Assembly (NCBI GenBank): GCA_018920315.1
Contig: JAHLMP010000004.1
Location: 2,753-64,116, forward strand
DNA: 61,364 bases
Direction of reading: 5' to 3'
Source of the DNA: Candidatus Aenigmatarchaeota archaeon
Lineage (GTDB): Archaea > Aenigmatarchaeota > Aenigmatarchaeia > GW2011-AR5 > JAHLMP01
Made by a program: the position numbers and the translations under genes. The notes beneath the pieces were generated by a model, which was given only the letters and a program-made list of their open reading frames with translations, ran no database searches and had not been told where the DNA came from. How positions within the stretch are numbered: position 1 is the stretch's first letter; every line of letters begins with the position of its first letter. Positions 57,098-61,364 of the stretch are shown in pieces.

Positions 57098-58495
57098 ATG
57101 ATTATGAGTAGATTTCACAATAGAGAGTTTGAAATTAAATTTTTGGAAGATAGATATAAAAGAGATAATTTTGAATTGATAATTGTCTATGGAAGGAGAA
57201 GAATAGGAAAAACAGAATTGATAAAAAATTTCACCAAAAATAAAAAACACATTTATTTTCTTTGTGATAAGAAAGGAACTGAAAGTAACATAAAAAGATT
57301 TAAAACAAAAATTTCTGAACTTTTGGGCGAACCTGTAATAGAGAGTAATGATCTAGAGGAGATATTTTCCTATTTGGTTAAAAAGGTAGGCGAAAAGCTT
57401 GTAATAGTTTTTGACGAATTTTCTTATTTAGTAGAGAAAGATGATGCAATACCTTCTGTATTTTCTCGCGCTATTGATGAAGTGTTAAAATACACAAACC
57501 ATTTTATGATACTTTGTGGTTCAAGCATAAGTATGATGGAAGAGGGCGCTCTTAGTTATAAAAGTCCTTTGTATGGAAGAAAAACAGGACATATTAAGCT
57601 AGATGAGTTGCCATTTTCTTCTTTTTCTTCATTTTTTCCAAAAAATAGTAAGGAAAAAAATATAGAATTTTACTCAATAACAGGAGGTATACCATTTTAC
57701 ATGGAAAAATTCAATGAAAATATTTCTACCTTAGAAAACGTAGAAAATGAAATAGCATCTAGAAAAGGAAGATTGTTTGAAGAAGTAGATTTTATATTAA
57801 AAGAAGAATTGAGAGAACCCGATGTTTACAAAACTGTTATCGAGGGTATTGCAAAAGGTAATACAAAAATTGTAGATATTTCAAACTACACAAGAATAGA
57901 AAGCAATAAATTGACGCGTTATATCAACACCCTTTTAAGATTGGGAATAATAAAAAAAGAGAATATAATAACAGAAAAAAACCCAAAATCTAAAAAGACC
58001 ATTTATTTTGTTGATGACAACTTTTTCAATTTTTATTTCAGATTCATTGAACCTTTCAAATCAGACTTAACAATAGGTGAAATGAATGCATTCAAGAAAA
58101 ATTTTTCCAAGAATTTCAACACCTTTGTCGGAAAAGCATTTGAAAAGCTGGTAAGAAAGGAATTAATAAGATCGTTGAATCTGCCATTTTCTCCGAGTAA
58201 GATTGGAAGGTGGTGGGGTTATTTCAGAAAAGGTGAAAAAAGAGAAACAATCGAGATAGATATTGCTGCAATAGAAGAAAACTCAAAACAAGCTGCTTTT
58301 TTTGAGTGTAAGTGGAAAGATCTAAAGGAAAAGGAGGCTCTAAAAATTCTTGATAAACTAAAAGAAAAATCAAAATTTGTCCAATGGCATAATGAAAAGA
58401 GAAGGGAATATTTTGGCCTAATAGCAAAGAAGATAGAAAATAAAGAGAGATTAAGAAAACAAGGCTATCTTGTTTTTGACTTGAGGGATTTTTAG
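57098..58495 (+). CDS. Archaeal ATPase (COG1672-like; AAA + wHTH + DUF234/PD-(D/E)XK-like domain)
   Basis: FHNREFE, YGRRRIGKT, VFDEF, SPLYGR, TGGIPFY, GRWWG...EIDI...FECKW. Confidence 0.9.
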   Translation: MIMSRFHNREFEIKFLEDRYKRDNFELIIVYGRRRIGKTELIKNFTKNKKHIYFLCDKKGTESNIKRFKTKISELLGEPVIESNDLEEIFSYLVKKVGEKLVIVFDEFSYLVEKDDAIPSVFSRAIDEVLKYTNHFMILCGSSISMMEEGALSYKSPLYGRKTGHIKLDELPFSSFSSFFPKNSKEKNIEFYSITGGIPFYMEKFNENISTLENVENEIASRKGRLFEEVDFILKEELREPDVYKTVIEGIAKGNTKIVDISNYTRIESNKLTRYINTLLRLGIIKKENIITEKNPKSKKTIYFVDDNFFNFYFRFIEPFKSDLTIGEMNAFKKNFSKNFNTFVGKAFEKLVRKELIRSLNLPFSPSKIGRWWGYFRKGEKRETIEIDIAAIEENSKQAAFFECKWKDLKEKEALKILDKLKEKSKFVQWHNEKRREYFGLIAKKIENKERLRKQGYLVFDLRDF

Positions 58496-58590
58496 TTGAA
58501 GCATAGCACTAAATAATTAAGAGGATTATAAAAATAATTGTAAAAAGTAAATTAATGGAAAAGTGGATTTTTGCATGATCTTGAATAGAA

Positions 58591-59874
58591 TTACAGAGAA
58601 ATATTCAAAAGCCACTTCCATAACGGCTTGAAAACAATTTTCTTATTCTCAACCTTAATCTCACCCTCATAATCCCATGTAATTATTAGCAAGTTCTTGC
58701 ATCTTAACAACTTGCTCGCTTTGAGCAAAGCCTTAAGCTCTCTTTTTTCTATTTCATCTTTGCTTGAAGCGTAAGTTACTTGAATCAATTGCTTTATCTT
58801 CAAGCCTTCTTTCAAGACAAAATCAACTTCATTTTGTTGATAATCCTTGAAGTAGAAAATTTCTTGTTTACCAAACCAGTAACTCTTTCTTCTTTGTAAT
58901 TCTATGGCAACTAAATTTTCCATTAGTTTGCCGAAATTTTCTGAGGTTCTAAAAGATACTGAAGTTATTATGCCATTATCTGCGCAATAAATTTTTTTAG
59001 GTGCAAGTATTTGCTCTTTTATCTTTGGAGAAAATCTTTCTAAAATAAAAAATAAGAAAGCGGACTCTAAATGATCTACCCATTTTGAAATAGTTCTAAC
59101 ACTTACTTTCAAAAAGTTTCTTAATGAATTATAGGTAATCTCGTTAGAAGAATTTGAAACTAAAAAGCGAGAAAATTCTTTAAATGTTCTATTGTTTTTT
59201 ATATTAAATCTTTGAATTACATCCCTCTCCACTATATCCTTGTAGTTCTCTACTATAAAAATTCTTCCAAGTTTTTCTACAAGTGGGAATCCTCCTTTCT
59301 TTAAATAATCTGAAGCCAATTTCTTAATTTTAACGATTCTTTCTGTAATATAAAATTCCCTTTTAGAAAAATCTATATTATTAAATGTAAGATATTCTCT
59401 GAAACTAAAAGGAAATAATTCGTAATTTATATGCCTTCCTGTCAAGAATGTAGAAAGTTCTTTACTCAAAAGTCTTGCATTGCTTCCAGTTATAATAACC
59501 TTTTTTGTTGACAAGATTCTTGCAACAAATCTTTCCCATCCAGGAATGTTTTGAATCTCATCAAAAATTAAGAGATCTACATTTCCTTTTATTGAGTATA
59601 AAGCTTCGAGAACTTTATTGAGCTCCTTTGCATCAATTTCTAATCTTTCATCCTCAAAATTGATATATCCAAAATTCTCATCTTCAGAAAGTTGAAAAGC
59701 AAATATAGATTTTCCACATCTTCTAATACCAAGGATTATGTTTGCAACATCTCTTACTATTCTATCTTTAACAAAATTCAAATTTTCTCTTTTTACTATA
59801 TTTTCTTCTTTGAATTTTCTTTTCATTTCTTCCTCTCTTTCAATTATGGCCGACTTTATTTCTTCTATTCCCAT
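58591..59874 (-). CDS. AAA+ ATPase, AAA_14/DUF4143 (array copy C)
   Basis: GIRRCGKS, FDEIQ, TGSNA, GGFP, EVDFV. Confidence 0.9.
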   Translation of the reverse strand: MGIEEIKSAIIEREEEMKRKFKEENIVKRENLNFVKDRIVRDVANIILGIRRCGKSIFAFQLSEDENFGYINFEDERLEIDAKELNKVLEALYSIKGNVDLLIFDEIQNIPGWERFVARILSTKKVIITGSNARLLSKELSTFLTGRHINYELFPFSFREYLTFNNIDFSKREFYITERIVKIKKLASDYLKKGGFPLVEKLGRIFIVENYKDIVERDVIQRFNIKNNRTFKEFSRFLVSNSSNEITYNSLRNFLKVSVRTISKWVDHLESAFLFFILERFSPKIKEQILAPKKIYCADNGIITSVSFRTSENFGKLMENLVAIELQRRKSYWFGKQEIFYFKDYQQNEVDFVLKEGLKIKQLIQVTYASSKDEIEKRELKALLKASKLLRCKNLLIITWDYEGEIKVENKKIVFKPLWKWLLNISL

Positions 59875-59973
59875 AGATATACATTGTTTTCAAATTATTT
59901 AAATATTTATATTTGTAGTATAAAGATTTAAAAAATATTTATACTATGAATTATTAATATTAAAACCATATAA

Positions 59974-61263
59974 TTAAAAACTCAATAGCCATTTCCAAAG
60001 CGGTATACAATTTATACTTTTTCTATCAACCTTAATCTCACCCTCATAATCCCAAGTAATTATTAGCAAATCTTTGCACCTTAGCTCTTTGCTTGCTTTT
60101 AGCAAAGCTTTAATCTCACGTTTCTCTATCTCATCTCGAGCACTTGCGTAAGTTGCTTGAATCAATTGCTTTATCTTCAAGCCCTCTTTTAAAACAAAAT
60201 CAACTTCATTTTGTTGATAATCCTTGAAGTAGAAAATATCTATATTCTGATTTCTATATAATTCTAAAAATACGGCTTGTTCCATTAGTTTCCCTATATT
60301 TTCATCAAATTTTGACAATAAAGAAAAGTTTGGAATGCCGCAATCGCATAGATATATCTTGGGAATAGAAATCAAAATCCCTTTTTCTGAGTGATCAAAT
60401 TTTTTTAGAGTGAAACAAAACATAACATCTTGAAGCATTGAAATATATGAGTATAGAGAATTTTTGCTAACTTTAATTCCCATAGATTTAAATGTGTTAT
60501 AACACTTATGTATAGAAAATTCTTTTGAGAAAGATGATATAACTAATGATATAATCGTCTTAATAGCAGATAGGTTTTTAATTCTGAATCTCTCAACCAA
60601 ATCCTTAAAAATAACGAGATCTATATACTCTTTGAAAAACAATTTTTCATCTATGTTTTCTAACCATATTTGCGGAAAGCCACCCATTTGTAAGAATTTT
60701 CTTAGAATATTTTTTATTGTAGAATTCTCGTATGAAGAAAAAACATCTTTTTTTATATCAAAATTACAGATTGATAAAATTTCTTTAAAGTTAAATGGAA
60801 AGACTCTTGTTGTTAAACTCCTTCCTCTTAGTTGAGTGGCGATTTCCTTGCTCAACAGCTTTGAAGAAGAGCCTGTAACAAATATTTTGAATTTTTTCTT
60901 TTCGTAAAGAGAATAAACGATGTTTGTCCATCTCTCTAAAGCATGAATCTCATCTAAAAAAATATATGTTGGATATTTTCCGTATAGCTCATTATGAATA
61001 TGTATAATATCTGAAATCAATCTTCTTTCAATATTTTTAACCTCGTCTTCCTCAAAGTTTATAAAAAGATAATCTTCATTATTTAGTTTTAATTTGTTGA
61101 GTATAATATCGTATAGAAAATATGTCTTTCCTGCTCTTCTTGGCCCTATCATGCAAGAAATAAACTCTTTTGAAAGAGGAGTTGATATTAATCTTTCCTT
61201 AACAGCTATGTTTTTTATTTCTTCTTTTTTATTTAAAATATACCTTTCTATCGTTTCCCTCAT
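59974..61263 (-). CDS. AAA+ ATPase, AAA_14/DUF4143 (array copy D)
   Basis: GPRRAGKT, FLDEIH, TGSSSKL, GGFP, EVDFV. Confidence 0.9.
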   Translation of the reverse strand: MRETIERYILNKKEEIKNIAVKERLISTPLSKEFISCMIGPRRAGKTYFLYDIILNKLKLNNEDYLFINFEEDEVKNIERRLISDIIHIHNELYGKYPTYIFLDEIHALERWTNIVYSLYEKKKFKIFVTGSSSKLLSKEIATQLRGRSLTTRVFPFNFKEILSICNFDIKKDVFSSYENSTIKNILRKFLQMGGFPQIWLENIDEKLFFKEYIDLVIFKDLVERFRIKNLSAIKTIISLVISSFSKEFSIHKCYNTFKSMGIKVSKNSLYSYISMLQDVMFCFTLKKFDHSEKGILISIPKIYLCDCGIPNFSLLSKFDENIGKLMEQAVFLELYRNQNIDIFYFKDYQQNEVDFVLKEGLKIKQLIQATYASARDEIEKREIKALLKASKELRCKDLLIITWDYEGEIKVDRKSINCIPLWKWLLSF

Positions 61264-61321
61264 AATCTATATTTATAGGGAAAGATTTATAAAAATATTT
61301 CCCTATTTATAGGGAAATATT
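61254..61321. promoter_or_regulatory. Inverted-repeat operator around the TATA box/start of AAA copy D
   Basis: ATAGGGAAA-N14-TTTCCCTAT, the palindrome AATATTTCCCTAT-TT-ATAGGGAAATATT (61294-61321), and a further arm just inside the start codon. Confidence 0.6.
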
Positions 61322-61364
61322 CAAAAACCATTTCCATATAGGATTAAATAAAATTTTCTTATTC
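61307..61364 (-). CDS. 3' end of a further AAA+/DUF4143 paralog (partial, copy E)
   Basis: Encodes ...NKKILFNPIWKWFLNISL*, homologous to the array C-termini; continues beyond the window and could also be a relic. Confidence 0.7.
   Translation of the reverse strand, partial: NKKILFNPIWKWFLNISL

Noticed and set aside
55464-58848. DGR-like template/variable repeat: the first eight A-vs-C mismatches, and both A-vs-fragment substitutions, are A in copy A and G in the other copy on the coding strand
   Set aside because: No reverse transcriptase or Avd gene in the window, changes are only A/G rather than A-to-N, and most G alleles in copy C are shared with copy D, which fits gene conversion better. 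A genome-wide RT search and read-level adenine variability would reopen this.
1069-61312. Many 60-170 aa ORFs antisense to or overlapping recognised genes (e.g. 10544-10933, 29898-30416, 46893-47228)
   Set aside because: Shadow ORFs rich in F/S/L/I from the reverse complement of purine-rich coding strands; no motifs.
47901-61364. Integrated element at tRNA-Val/Glu
   Set aside because: No integrase or transposase and no duplicated tRNA 3' end seen within the window.
1-61364. CRISPR array, rRNA, SRP or RNase P RNA, IS elements
   Set aside because: No regularly spaced repeats, no long GC-rich structured segments other than the tRNAs, and no transposase motifs recognised.

Overview
AT-rich, gene-dense archaeal chromosome segment (aIF-2 gamma, aIF-5A, proteasome beta, aCPSF1, Hjc, Topo VI-A, Kae1, eS24, eS31, Spt4). 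Fragmented operons, a type IV pilus locus, paired KaiC-like ATPases and intron-rich tRNAs suggest a DPANN-type lineage (inference only). Main observations: (1) a four-gene operon at 32.9-38.5 kb encoding a wHTH-FIST one-component sensor, LuxE, LuxC and a divergent aldehyde dehydrogenase, with no luciferase or LuxD, nested palindromes over its promoter and two KaiC-like ATPases upstream; this is the best candidate for an undescribed signalling/aldehyde system. (2) Five tRNA genes, all intron-containing, with 10 BHB/BHL introns, 7 non-canonical; two tRNAs carry three introns each and two have C33. (3) An array of AAA+/DUF4143 ATPase genes at 55.5-61.4 kb with divergent bodies, near-identical mosaic 3' ends and a different inverted repeat around each TATA box. 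(4) An AbiE toxin-antitoxin pair inside a glycosylation locus. (5) An inositol-phosphate/CDP-alcohol transferase cluster with a divergent PadR gene and a tandem palindromic operator. All assignments come from motif recognition by eye; no database searches were run.
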